Positions 42,576 to 52,325 of a DNA stretch of 64,000 nt are shown here, piece after piece (within the stretch, counting starts at the first letter, position 1; each line of letters begins with the position of its first letter). The notes below the pieces were generated by a model, which was not told where the DNA came from, ran no database searches, and saw only the letters and a list, made by a program, of their open reading frames with translations. This DNA is from an uncultured Clostridia bacterium (GTDB taxonomy: Bacteria; Bacillota; Clostridia; TANB77; CAG-508), in the NCBI GenBank assembly GCA_947627595.1, contig CANQWQ010000004.1, positions 4,341 through 68,340 of the forward strand. Reading direction: 5' to 3'. The position numbers and the translations under genes were made by a program.

Positions 42576-42694
42576 AATTACCATAAAACTTTAAAAAAAT
42601 TATTGCAATCTGTGATAATTTATTAAACTTTTAGCCTAAATTTGCTAAAGTTCAGTTTTTATTTTATTACACTTTGTCATAAAATGCAAGAAAA

Positions 42695-42724
42695 AATCGA
42701 AACGTTTTTACAAACGTTCCGATT
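42695..42724 (-). terminator. Rho-independent terminator after giant surface gene 3
   Basis: aatcgaaacgttt ttac aaacgttccgatt is a 13-bp stem with one mismatch, followed on the minus strand by ttttttcttg. Confidence 0.6.
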
Positions 42725-42739
42725 TTTTATTATATTGTT

Positions 42740-45700
42740 TTAATTTTTATTTAAAACTTTCTTTTTAATTATAACTATTGAAACCGCGATGATTGTAATT
42801 GAAATTGTTATAACTAAAACTAATTGTAATGTTCTAGACTCTGTTGGGCTTAAACCTGTTGGTGGTGATAAAGTGATTACCTCAGTTGCACTAGCATCTT
42901 TCTCTTTTCCTTGTGTAGCTGCTGCGTAAACTCCAACTGGTTCTCCAGTAGTTTCATCTAACTTATATGGGTTTACGTTACCAGGAATATTTCTAGCATC
43001 TCTTCTACCAGCAGTATTCTCAACTTTAATAAGTTCGGCTAAGTTATCAATATCACTAGCATCTGTTTCAGATGAATAGAATCTAGTAACTGTTAATGAA
43101 ATTGTTCCTGTAGATCTATTAACATTAGAATCTGCCATGTATGGATCCAAGAATTTTACAAATCCTGAATTTGAATTTTCAGTAGCATTTTCACCACTAT
43201 TTAAGTTTAATATTAAGTTGTTTTTATTTTCTGATTGATATCTTTGTAATTTATCACTAATGATTGAGTAGCTTTCTCCTGCTCCTAATGTGTCAGTAGC
43301 GGCTGTTTTACCAGTAACTCTACCGTCACTATCAAGAATTTGGATAGTAGCTGGATCAAGTAAGTGATTATTCATTAAGTATTCAACATCAGTATTTTCC
43401 CAGTTATGATCTTTAGTGTTGTTGTTTTGGTTAGTAAACTCAACATCTGGATCAACATAGTCTATCATTTGATGTACTTTGGTTTGAACTATCTTCTCGT
43501 CTCCTCTTACACCAACGCCTTGGCTACCTAAGTAGTAAACGCTTCCGAAGTAAGTACCATATCCGACAGATTTAAATCCTGTTCCATCATTAAATACTCT
43601 ACCTTTACTATCTGTATAAAGGTTAGTAGCAATTTTGCTCATTGCATCATTTACAAGTTGAAGTTTTTCAGTGTCTGTAGAAACTTTATTTACATTAGCC
43701 CATAATGTTTCTAGAGGTTCACTAATTCTATCAGTCTCACTCATATTAAATACTGTTAATTGATAGATTGCTTCAATTTGAGCACCTTGAAGAATTGATT
43801 CATCAATGATTAAGTATCTATAACCTTGATCAATTGCTCCTCTTCTATTAAGTGATGCTATATGGTCAGATGCTGTAGATTTTTCTTCGTTTAATACGAC
43901 TGTAGAAGCTATTGTACCATCTGATTTTAAAGTATATTCAATGTCATAAACTGCATCTAATATTACTCTATCATCTGATGTTTTCAATATAATCTCTTTG
44001 ATTTGTTTGTCTAATGTAAGTTTAGTTTGAGATCTTTCTTCAATACCACAGTCAACATTTTTAACGTGATAAATGAATTGTGCTGTTCCAACATCTTTTC
44101 CATTTTGTGTAGCTTTACCATTAACTACACCTACATCAACTCCGCCTATATTTTCACTATTTTTAACTTTAGAAACATTTTCAACTCCAAGGTTTATCTT
44201 AGCTGTTTCAGCATACATATAGTAGCCTTCGCCTCTAACAGGATCTGTTAATTTAGCTGTTTCATAATTTCCAAATAATTCTGTATGATCAGCTGCTTTA
44301 TTATCAGCTGTAGCTAATACTGTAGAATTATCGAACGTTAACATTTCTGATTTAGCTGAGATATATAATCTTCTAGCTTCATCATCACGAGCGTCGTTAA
44401 CTCTTAAGTCATTTAACTCGCTATTTGTTATATCATGCCATTCATTATCCGCAAATCCGTCATTATCTTTATCATTATCAAATTTTACTTGATATGCTGT
44501 AGTCTTATAATCTTGACCACTATAAACTTCTTCTGAACCAGTTTTTCCTGTTTCTATTTGTTTATCACCATAAACGAATCTTACTTTATAGTTACCAGCT
44601 GGAATATTGTAGAATGAATATTCACCATTTTGAGTAACTGTAGCTTGTTTGAAGCCTGTAAGTTCTTCTATTGTTTTATTTCCAAGTGCAGGAATTGGTT
44701 GATTTGTTGGCCATGCGAATTGATATTCTTTATAAACCTTTTCGCCATTATCGTCTGTTTCTGGAACTGTAATTGATTCATAAATTTCTGTTGTTATTCC
44801 ATCAATTACTTTATCACCCTCATCTGGGTTAAATAAACCATTACCAACTACTTGACCATATTGAACATTTTGAGTTTGAGCATCATCCCAAACTATACCA
44901 GAAATAATTCTTTGTTCGTCTGAGATTCCAATTGTAATAATTGGTGCTGAATCTGTATCATCTTCATAATATGGTTTATCGTTGTAATCTGCAATATTTA
45001 CGTTATCTGGTGCTGAATCTTCATCAACTCTACCAGAAATTTGTCCTGGTGAACTCCATCTATTTTCAGACTTATCTGAATAATATGAAGTGAATTTTGT
45101 AATTTCAGCAACATTATGTTTTTTACCTAATTTAATTGCATTTAATACTCCAGATTCGCCAACGCTATCTTTTCCTATCTTGAATGTTACTGTTATGCTA
45201 GCTTTTTCACCAACTGCCAATTTATGACCATTTAAGCTTGATGATGTAAGTTTTGAGTATTTAACTCCATCACTTCCATCTATTTCACCAGCATTTGTCC
45301 AAGCCATAGTTCCGCTGCCAGTTTCTGTTGAACCATTTAAGTATTTAACAGTTGATGGGCTAGCTACTTCTATAACTTGATCAACATCTTTACCGTTTAA
45401 AGTTTGAACATATCGTTTTTCAGTAGCATTTACTAATTCAAATGTACTATCATAGTAATCTGCAACTTCACCTATTGTTACATCATAAGTTTCTGATTGG
45501 TTATATACATTAATTGTATATTTTAAGTAAATCTCTAACTCAGATGTATCTAATGGTAATCCTAATGTTCTTGTGTAGTATCCGCTTAAAGCAGATCCTG
45601 CATCACTTCCATCATATACTGATGCTCTATAATAATAGTCACCACTATATAATCCTAAGTTATATTCAATTTGTGCATCTGCAACTGCTAATTGTTTATA

Positions 45701-48700
45701 TAATAATTCGGCATTATTAGGATCTTCTAAGTCAATTGCACTATTAAATTTATATTTTAAAGCTTTTCCATTTACAACTACTAAAGCTTCAGTTAAGTCT
45801 TTTTCTAACGCTACGTCAGTTCCTTCACGTTCAACTAAACCTAAATTGATACTTAAGCAATAATTGTAAATAGCTTCAAATTTATATCTTATTGTAAATA
45901 TGTCAGTAATTGTTTTATCCCAACCTCTTAAGTGCCAAGCTGTTGTATCATAAGCTGGGTCTTCTGTGTAGAATGGGAATGTTAGGTTTGCATTTGATGT
46001 TGCTGCTTTAATCTTATATTGATCTAAGATTTCTTTATTCTCATCAAGTGTTTCTAATGTTGATATCTTTCTAGAGTTATCACTATTAAAGAATGAAACT
46101 GAATCTACAGATGAATAATTTAATTCATCAACACCAGCTGCTTTACCAACTGTATTTCCACTATCATCTATTGGTGAAACACCTTGAACATCAGCAAATT
46201 TATTATTGAATGATGTTCTTTCACCTAAGTCATCTACTGCCATAGAATCTAGTAAGAATTTGTCTCTTTCAGATGTTGAACTATCTATAATAGTTGACCA
46301 TCTATTTGAAACATCACTATACATATTGTTTGTAGCATTTGCTCCGACATATGATTGTGCCTGACCTCCTGCTGTAGCTAAGAATTCTGTTGGTTCAAAA
46401 GTTTGACCATCATATTCAAATTCTACATCATATGTTACAACATAGCTATCACCATATATAGCTTTTTCATCTTCTGTTAATGCTGGTACAGAAACTGCAC
46501 CGAAACTCCAGTTACCATTGTCATCTGTGTATGTATAGTTCTCTAAGTGTGTTGTTAAATCGTTTTCATCATAAACATATACACCATTAATTCTTTGAAC
46601 AACTTGACCACTGCTATCAACTAAAGCTCTATAAATTGTAACTTTAACGTTTTCAATTCCTGGTTCGCCTTCGTCGATTTTTCCGTTTTCTAAAGCATCA
46701 ACATGTTTATCAGATGTACGGTTTGTATCATCCCAAACTTTACCACCAAGCTTCATTGTAACGATTAATTCTTCGTTATATCTCCACTCGTTTGTAACGT
46801 CTACGACTGCTGTTTGACCGTCTACTAATTCATTATTATCTGAAGATGACTCTGTACTTACTAAGTCCCAACCAACTGGCATGTCTGCTGAAGGTTCTTC
46901 AACAGCAAATGTTGGGGCTTTATCGCCGTTCCATTTAATATCTGATGATTCCCAAGTCCATCCACTTTCTTTAGTAATAACTACTTTTAATGTTAATGGT
47001 TTATTGTCTGTATAAGCAACTCCATTATAAATGAAGTTTCCTTTAATAGTTACTAAGAATGTGAAATCAACTGAAACATCATCTTCTGAAATTTTATCAT
47101 TTACAATTAAGTTTTTATTTACTCTAAGTTTTCCACTATGGTTTGTTATATAATGGTTTTCAGCATATACTGAAACAATTCCTGTTTTTCCATCTTCAGT
47201 ATCTTGTGCTTCTAATTGACCATCTTGTTTATCAAATGTAACTTCATATCCGCTATTATCAATCTCTTCGATATGATATGTTGGAGCTGAATCTTTCTTA
47301 GACCAAGTGTACCAGTTACTTCTCCAATATCCACCAGATGTAACTGTAGCAATTTCTTCTTGTACTGTTCCATCTGCAAGTGTAACAGCAACTTTAAATT
47401 TAAATTCTACTCCATCTATTTCGTTTCCTTTATCATCAAGTAAAACTTTGTGAATTTGAAGTCTACCTTTGTCATATCCATCAAATGTATTTTCTACAAT
47501 TACCCAGTTTTCACTGTTTTCTTCAACAGTACCAGTGATTGCTGGTTGTGTATTTGTTTGATATGCATTTCTGATGCTTACAAATTTAGCACCTTCAGGG
47601 AAATCTGCTGTAACCTCAGTTACAGTATATACTGGTTTTCCATCTGATTCATACCATTCAATATCATTTGATGTCCAAACTTCACCTGGTTTTAATTTAA
47701 TATCTTTAATTTCAAGTTTTCTATATTCTGTTCCGTTATATTTAAATTTACCTGTAACAGTTACTGTAAATGTAAATGTGTCATTATTAATTTCATCACT
47801 TAAAGATTGTTTTTCAACTGTGATTTTACCTTTAACAGGAACACCACTATCGGCATCATTTACAGCAATAATATGTGTAATGTCACCAGCTAAACTTCCT
47901 GTAATAGTTAAATCTCTTCCACTAGCATTTGTTAGTTCTTCAACTATTATAGATGTATCATTTCTAAGACTTACAGATTTAACTCCATCTGGGAAGACTC
48001 CTGTTACCTCTGTAATTTCATATTGTGGAATTGCAGCTCCAGCATCCCATTCAAAATATCCTGATACCCAGTCTTTTTCATCAGCTACAACTGGAACATT
48101 TTTCATTACAAATTCTTCACCTGGGTTATAAGTTGTAACTTTTGTAGCATCTTCTAAGTCATGATATCTAAATGGAGATGAGCTCCAAACTCTAACATTA
48201 AAGTAGAAAATTCTACCTTTAAGGTCTTTATTTAAAACTTCCTTAGTTATTTCAATATGACTACCATTTGGTTGAGCACCATAGTTGATAGCAACTACTC
48301 TTGCTGATTTTGTAGAGTTTAAAGTACCAGTTATTGTCTGGCTAGCATCTGTAACTACTTGTGTTTCATTTGAAATACTTACAAAACGTGAGCCAGCTGG
48401 TAAGTTAACCTCTGTAACTTCATATGTTGGTGCTGGACTACCCTCATCCCATGTAACAGTTCCTAATACCCATGGATTTCCATTACCTTCAACTTGAACG
48501 TTTTCAATTGTAAGTGTGTCTCCATTTGGAGAACCTGCTCCATAGTGTTTTCCAGCATAATCAAATTCACCTTTAATTTTTACATTAAAGTTAAATATTT
48601 GTCCTTTTAAATCTTCTGTAGTCTTTTTAGCTATTCTTAATGAGCCATCATGGAAATTTTCTGTTGGTTTGTTAATAGCTGTAATATAGTTATTATCAGT

Positions 48701-51700
48701 TCCTTCAGCTAATGTTCCATCTATTTTTGTTGAAGTAGAAGTTCTAGTTCTATTAGAAATACTTACAAATTCAACATTTGCTGGTATACTAATTTCTTCT
48801 ACAGTATATGTTGGTGCAGGGGCTCCTTCTTCCCATGTGATTAATTCAGAAACCCAATCTTCTCCACCACAGACTGCTTCTACATCATTAACTTTTCCAT
48901 CTAATACTAAAGTTGTATTTGTATATTGTGTATATCCTTTTGTTCCATCTGGATTTATCTTGTCATAATATCTAAATGTACCTGAAATTGTTACTTTAAA
49001 GTAGAATACATAATCGTCTAATACTTCATCTGTAGACTCTTTAATTATAACAATATGTGCATTCTTTCTAGCAGTACCTTTGTTAATACAAGTAATTACT
49101 GTTTGAGCATATCCTTCATAGTTTCCGTTAATAACACCGCTGATTGATTTAACACTAGTTTCTGTTCTGCTTCCATTTGAAATACTAACAAATTCTGAAC
49201 CAGCTGGTAAATTAACCTCTTCTACTGTATATCTAGGTGCGCTAACATTACTATCCCAATAGAATAATTCTGAATCCCAAGTTCTAGAAGCTCTATCGCC
49301 TGTTGGCGTTATTTGAACATCTAAAACAAATGGATTATCTACTGTATAAGTTTGTTTAGCCCCTCCGTTATATCCAAATGTACCTGTAACATTAACTTTA
49401 AATGAGAATGTTTTTCCATATAAGTCTTCTGTTTCAGTAAGTTTTATAATTTCTAATTTTCCGTGTAATACTTTTTCTTCATCGTTTGTAATTACAACTT
49501 TAGTCTTTCTTCCTTCTTGTAATCTACTAGAAAGATTATTTATTCTAGAAGATGTAAGTTGATCTGTTATACTTACAAACTCTGTTCCGTCAGCCATGTA
49601 TGATTCATATATTGTATATCTTGGAGCAGTTTGATTATTTCTCCAAGTAATTATATCTGAACTCCAATGCCATCCGTTTCCAGAATCTAAAGTTATATCA
49701 ATTTCTTTAGATCCGCTAACATATTCGCTTCCATATTTAAATTCACCTGTTATAGTAAGATGAGCTTTAAATACTTCACCTGGTTGAGGAGTGGTACTAC
49801 TTACCATCCTCTTATCAACCTCTATTTGAGACCATCTAGATGATCTGTTCCATGCTACAGTTGGTGGAATTTCATCTATATGTCTTGTATCTCCATCTCT
49901 TAGACTTGATACTTCAGCATCTCTTCTTACCATTGAATCTAATTGATAAAAAGCATCATTTGGAATAATTTCTTCTACATGATATTTTGGTGCTGAACCA
50001 TACCATCTAAATAAACCTGATGTCCATTCACCTTCACCTGTAACTGATCCATTTATTATCAATGGATTTCTAGAAGTATATGTTGTAATTGGTCCATTAT
50101 TATAACTAAATGTACCTGTTACACTTACTCTAAAGTTATAAGTTGTGCTCCACATATCATTAGTAGGATTTATCAGTCTCTTTTGAATCCTAATTAGACC
50201 AACATCTGGTCCTACATAGTTTTCAAAAGTTACTGTATTTCCATTAATAACACTTTCTCGAAGTGTTCCACTAAATGGACCGTTATTATTGTAACCTCCA
50301 ATTTCTTCTACATAATAGTCTGGTGCAGATTCATTTTCGCCCCATACTATTAAGTGTGATAAATCACGTCCAAATCCATTGTGAGTTCTAACTGTTAAAT
50401 GTTGAAATTCTTTTAGTCCTTCTCCATCATGTCTATCTATATAAATCTTGAATATATATGTGTCATCTATAAGTGTTTGAGAACCATCAAAGTCTCCAAT
50501 TACTCTTTTTTCAACTAATATTTTTGCTCTATGTAACTTATAACGTGTAACACATTCAGCTTCTTCGTACCATCTAGCTCCAATTAAAGCATGTGCTAAT
50601 GTCTGTGAATCGTGTGGAACTACAGATGTACATTCTATCCATGTTTCACCATCACTAAATACGCTTCTAGTACGTCCTTCACCATCTGTGTAAGTATCAA
50701 AGTTTTCATATCCATTTACTGTCCAGTTTACTTCATTATAAATACCATCATAAATGTCTAGCTCTGCTCCGGCATTCATATATTCAAATTCAAATTTGAA
50801 TTCTTTTATTGTAGTAAAGTCTGGAATATATTTAATTTCAATATAGAAAACTTCATTTGGATCTGGATAAGGATATGTTGAATTAGGATCTCTAGTTTGA
50901 TCTGCTAAGAACAAGAAATTCCAATCGGTTCCAAACTCAAGTTCTCCAACGTTTGTGTCTAATTTAACACCTGTAATTTTAGCAAAATCTACTTCTGCTC
51001 TACCATCTATTTTAACTGATCTTTTAACATAATTTAATGAATAAGGTCCAATTAAATAAGTATTTTTTCTATAGTTAAATGTTGGTGTTACTTCGTCTGC
51101 TTCATTTATAACACCATTTTGATCAGCATCTTCGTTAAATCCTGGATGATAATCTATAACTGGGGCTGTAACATCACCTTCACTATGTGTTCCGTCATCT
51201 TCATCAAATGAGAAGTGTTGTTTCTCATATTGCATTTGATATACATCACTAATTCCAGTTATTTCTTTCATATATGCTTCAAAAGCATCTGCTTCTTTTG
51301 ATAAATTGTTTGGTGCAGATGGTGAAACAGTTTGATGACTTGTTCCCATATCTGTAGTCCACCAAGCAATTTGGATATAGTTATAATCGTTTTCAATATA
51401 TGCATAATATAATGTTCCATTTATATCAACGACTGTATCATAATCCATTAAGTATACATCCCAACCTTCTGCTGGAACATTAGCTTCAACAAGATTTCCA
51501 TCAGAATAATAGTAGAAATCATAAGCTTTATATCCTTGTAATTGAACAACTACTCCTGATTTTGGATCTGTTCTTTCAAAACGACCTGTATATGCTGCTC
51601 CGCCATGTTCATCAGCAAGAATATAGATTATATTTCCATCACTATCTCTAGCTGAATCTACGTAGAAAGCACCATCTGGTGTATTAACTACATATTTATG

Positions 51701-52324
51701 ATGAATAGTATATGCTGTTTCACCAGTTGATAATTGGAATGAATAATTGTCATAATCAATTGTTCCTTCATATACTTTTGGTTGACCATTTTCATATATT
51801 ACTTCTGCTGAAGTTTGATTTCCTTGACCTATATCTAACTCTTTTTTCATTTCAGCTATAATATAAGCTTCTTTTGGTGTAGCAATATGTTGCTCAACTA
51901 TTTGATAATAACCATAAGTTCTATGAGTATATGTGGCTTTATCAAAATCTCTAGCAGCACCACTATATGAACTATATATGCTATGTTGTTCTAGAACTGA
52001 TCCAGGGCCATAGCCTAAATCTTGCCAATTACCCATGTTATAGTCAAAACTTCCTTGACTATGAGAACCTGTTAAATGAACTCTATTCTCGCCATTTAAA
52101 GGTGTTCCATGTTGACAACATAAAATATCATAATAATTAATTAAGTCATTATATGTTAAATATGTTGGGTTAGGTCTATCTGTTTGTTTTAATGAAGAAA
52201 TCTGTGGTGATACAAATAGAGCCTGTGATCTGATAGTTAAAAGTGTTCCAAATACGGCTAGCATTATAAAGAATAATACTAATAATTTAATATTGATTTT
52301 TCTAACTTTATTTTTGTTATCCAT
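42740..52324 (-). CDS. Giant fibrillar surface adhesin (about 3194 aa from ATG 52324): signal/anchor, N-terminal globular region, about 11 tandem isopeptide-type (Cna-B/SpaA-like) Ig domains, SdrD-B-like domains, C-terminal SPPTG sorting signal
   Basis: RBS AAAGGAGG lies inside the last codons (KGGV) of the upstream gene, 8 nt before ATG 52322-52324; the track starts at an in-frame GTG 52333. Repeats carry K...YTV(E/T)E(V/I)xxPxGxxFVSI...N. C-terminus EVITLSPPTGLSPTESRTLQLVLVITISITIIAVSIVIIKKKVLNKN. Confidence 0.85.
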   Translation of the reverse strand: MDNKNKVRKINIKLLVLFFIMLAVFGTLLTIRSQALFVSPQISSLKQTDRPNPTYLTYNDLINYYDILCCQHGTPLNGENRVHLTGSHSQGSFDYNMGNWQDLGYGPGSVLEQHSIYSSYSGAARDFDKATYTHRTYGYYQIVEQHIATPKEAYIIAEMKKELDIGQGNQTSAEVIYENGQPKVYEGTIDYDNYSFQLSTGETAYTIHHKYVVNTPDGAFYVDSARDSDGNIIYILADEHGGAAYTGRFERTDPKSGVVVQLQGYKAYDFYYYSDGNLVEANVPAEGWDVYLMDYDTVVDINGTLYYAYIENDYNYIQIAWWTTDMGTSHQTVSPSAPNNLSKEADAFEAYMKEITGISDVYQMQYEKQHFSFDEDDGTHSEGDVTAPVIDYHPGFNEDADQNGVINEADEVTPTFNYRKNTYLIGPYSLNYVKRSVKIDGRAEVDFAKITGVKLDTNVGELEFGTDWNFLFLADQTRDPNSTYPYPDPNEVFYIEIKYIPDFTTIKEFKFEFEYMNAGAELDIYDGIYNEVNWTVNGYENFDTYTDGEGRTRSVFSDGETWIECTSVVPHDSQTLAHALIGARWYEEAECVTRYKLHRAKILVEKRVIGDFDGSQTLIDDTYIFKIYIDRHDGEGLKEFQHLTVRTHNGFGRDLSHLIVWGENESAPDYYVEEIGGYNNNGPFSGTLRESVINGNTVTFENYVGPDVGLIRIQKRLINPTNDMWSTTYNFRVSVTGTFSYNNGPITTYTSRNPLIINGSVTGEGEWTSGLFRWYGSAPKYHVEEIIPNDAFYQLDSMVRRDAEVSSLRDGDTRHIDEIPPTVAWNRSSRWSQIEVDKRMVSSTTPQPGEVFKAHLTITGEFKYGSEYVSGSKEIDITLDSGNGWHWSSDIITWRNNQTAPRYTIYESYMADGTEFVSITDQLTSSRINNLSSRLQEGRKTKVVITNDEEKVLHGKLEIIKLTETEDLYGKTFSFKVNVTGTFGYNGGAKQTYTVDNPFVLDVQITPTGDRASRTWDSELFYWDSNVSAPRYTVEEVNLPAGSEFVSISNGSRTETSVKSISGVINGNYEGYAQTVITCINKGTARKNAHIVIIKESTDEVLDDYVFYFKVTISGTFRYYDKINPDGTKGYTQYTNTTLVLDGKVNDVEAVCGGEDWVSELITWEEGAPAPTYTVEEISIPANVEFVSISNRTRTSTSTKIDGTLAEGTDNNYITAINKPTENFHDGSLRIAKKTTEDLKGQIFNFNVKIKGEFDYAGKHYGAGSPNGDTLTIENVQVEGNGNPWVLGTVTWDEGSPAPTYEVTEVNLPAGSRFVSISNETQVVTDASQTITGTLNSTKSARVVAINYGAQPNGSHIEITKEVLNKDLKGRIFYFNVRVWSSSPFRYHDLEDATKVTTYNPGEEFVMKNVPVVADEKDWVSGYFEWDAGAAIPQYEITEVTGVFPDGVKSVSLRNDTSIIVEELTNASGRDLTITGSLAGDITHIIAVNDADSGVPVKGKITVEKQSLSDEINNDTFTFTVTVTGKFKYNGTEYRKLEIKDIKLKPGEVWTSNDIEWYESDGKPVYTVTEVTADFPEGAKFVSIRNAYQTNTQPAITGTVEENSENWVIVENTFDGYDKGRLQIHKVLLDDKGNEIDGVEFKFKVAVTLADGTVQEEIATVTSGGYWRSNWYTWSKKDSAPTYHIEEIDNSGYEVTFDKQDGQLEAQDTEDGKTGIVSVYAENHYITNHSGKLRVNKNLIVNDKISEDDVSVDFTFLVTIKGNFIYNGVAYTDNKPLTLKVVITKESGWTWESSDIKWNGDKAPTFAVEEPSADMPVGWDLVSTESSSDNNELVDGQTAVVDVTNEWRYNEELIVTMKLGGKVWDDTNRTSDKHVDALENGKIDEGEPGIENVKVTIYRALVDSSGQVVQRINGVYVYDENDLTTHLENYTYTDDNGNWSFGAVSVPALTEDEKAIYGDSYVVTYDVEFEYDGQTFEPTEFLATAGGQAQSYVGANATNNMYSDVSNRWSTIIDSSTSERDKFLLDSMAVDDLGERTSFNNKFADVQGVSPIDDSGNTVGKAAGVDELNYSSVDSVSFFNSDNSRKISTLETLDENKEILDQYKIKAATSNANLTFPFYTEDPAYDTTAWHLRGWDKTITDIFTIRYKFEAIYNYCLSINLGLVEREGTDVALEKDLTEALVVVNGKALKYKFNSAIDLEDPNNAELLYKQLAVADAQIEYNLGLYSGDYYYRASVYDGSDAGSALSGYYTRTLGLPLDTSELEIYLKYTINVYNQSETYDVTIGEVADYYDSTFELVNATEKRYVQTLNGKDVDQVIEVASPSTVKYLNGSTETGSGTMAWTNAGEIDGSDGVKYSKLTSSSLNGHKLAVGEKASITVTFKIGKDSVGESGVLNAIKLGKKHNVAEITKFTSYYSDKSENRWSSPGQISGRVDEDSAPDNVNIADYNDKPYYEDDTDSAPIITIGISDEQRIISGIVWDDAQTQNVQYGQVVGNGLFNPDEGDKVIDGITTEIYESITVPETDDNGEKVYKEYQFAWPTNQPIPALGNKTIEELTGFKQATVTQNGEYSFYNIPAGNYKVRFVYGDKQIETGKTGSEEVYSGQDYKTTAYQVKFDNDKDNDGFADNEWHDITNSELNDLRVNDARDDEARRLYISAKSEMLTFDNSTVLATADNKAADHTELFGNYETAKLTDPVRGEGYYMYAETAKINLGVENVSKVKNSENIGGVDVGVVNGKATQNGKDVGTAQFIYHVKNVDCGIEERSQTKLTLDKQIKEIILKTSDDRVILDAVYDIEYTLKSDGTIASTVVLNEEKSTASDHIASLNRRGAIDQGYRYLIIDESILQGAQIEAIYQLTVFNMSETDRISEPLETLWANVNKVSTDTEKLQLVNDAMSKIATNLYTDSKGRVFNDGTGFKSVGYGTYFGSVYYLGSQGVGVRGDEKIVQTKVHQMIDYVDPDVEFTNQNNNTKDHNWENTDVEYLMNNHLLDPATIQILDSDGRVTGKTAATDTLGAGESYSIISDKLQRYQSENKNNLILNLNSGENATENSNSGFVKFLDPYMADSNVNRSTGTISLTVTRFYSSETDASDIDNLAELIKVENTAGRRDARNIPGNVNPYKLDETTGEPVGVYAAATQGKEKDASATEVITLSPPTGLSPTESRTLQLVLVITISITIIAVSIVIIKKKVLNKN
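46790..50540 (-). repeat. Tandem array of about 11 diverged 330-360 bp coding repeats (isopeptide-type Ig-like domains) inside gene 3
   Basis: Protein-level repeats, for example KTFSFKVNVTGTFGYNG...SAPRYTVEEVNLPAGSEFVSISN...VITCINKG and GQIFNFNVKIKGEFDYAG...PAPTYEVTEVNLPAGSRFVSISN...VVAINYG. Boundaries are approximate. Confidence 0.6.
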
Positions 52325-52325
52325 A

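Noticed and set aside
47574-48131. 185-aa plus-strand ORF (and similar ones at 44027..44251, 45514..45720, 47450..47647, 48285..48497) inside giant gene 3
   Set aside because: Antisense to a long, well-supported minus-strand CDS. Low-complexity translation, no RBS. Typical spurious ORFs in AT-rich DNA.
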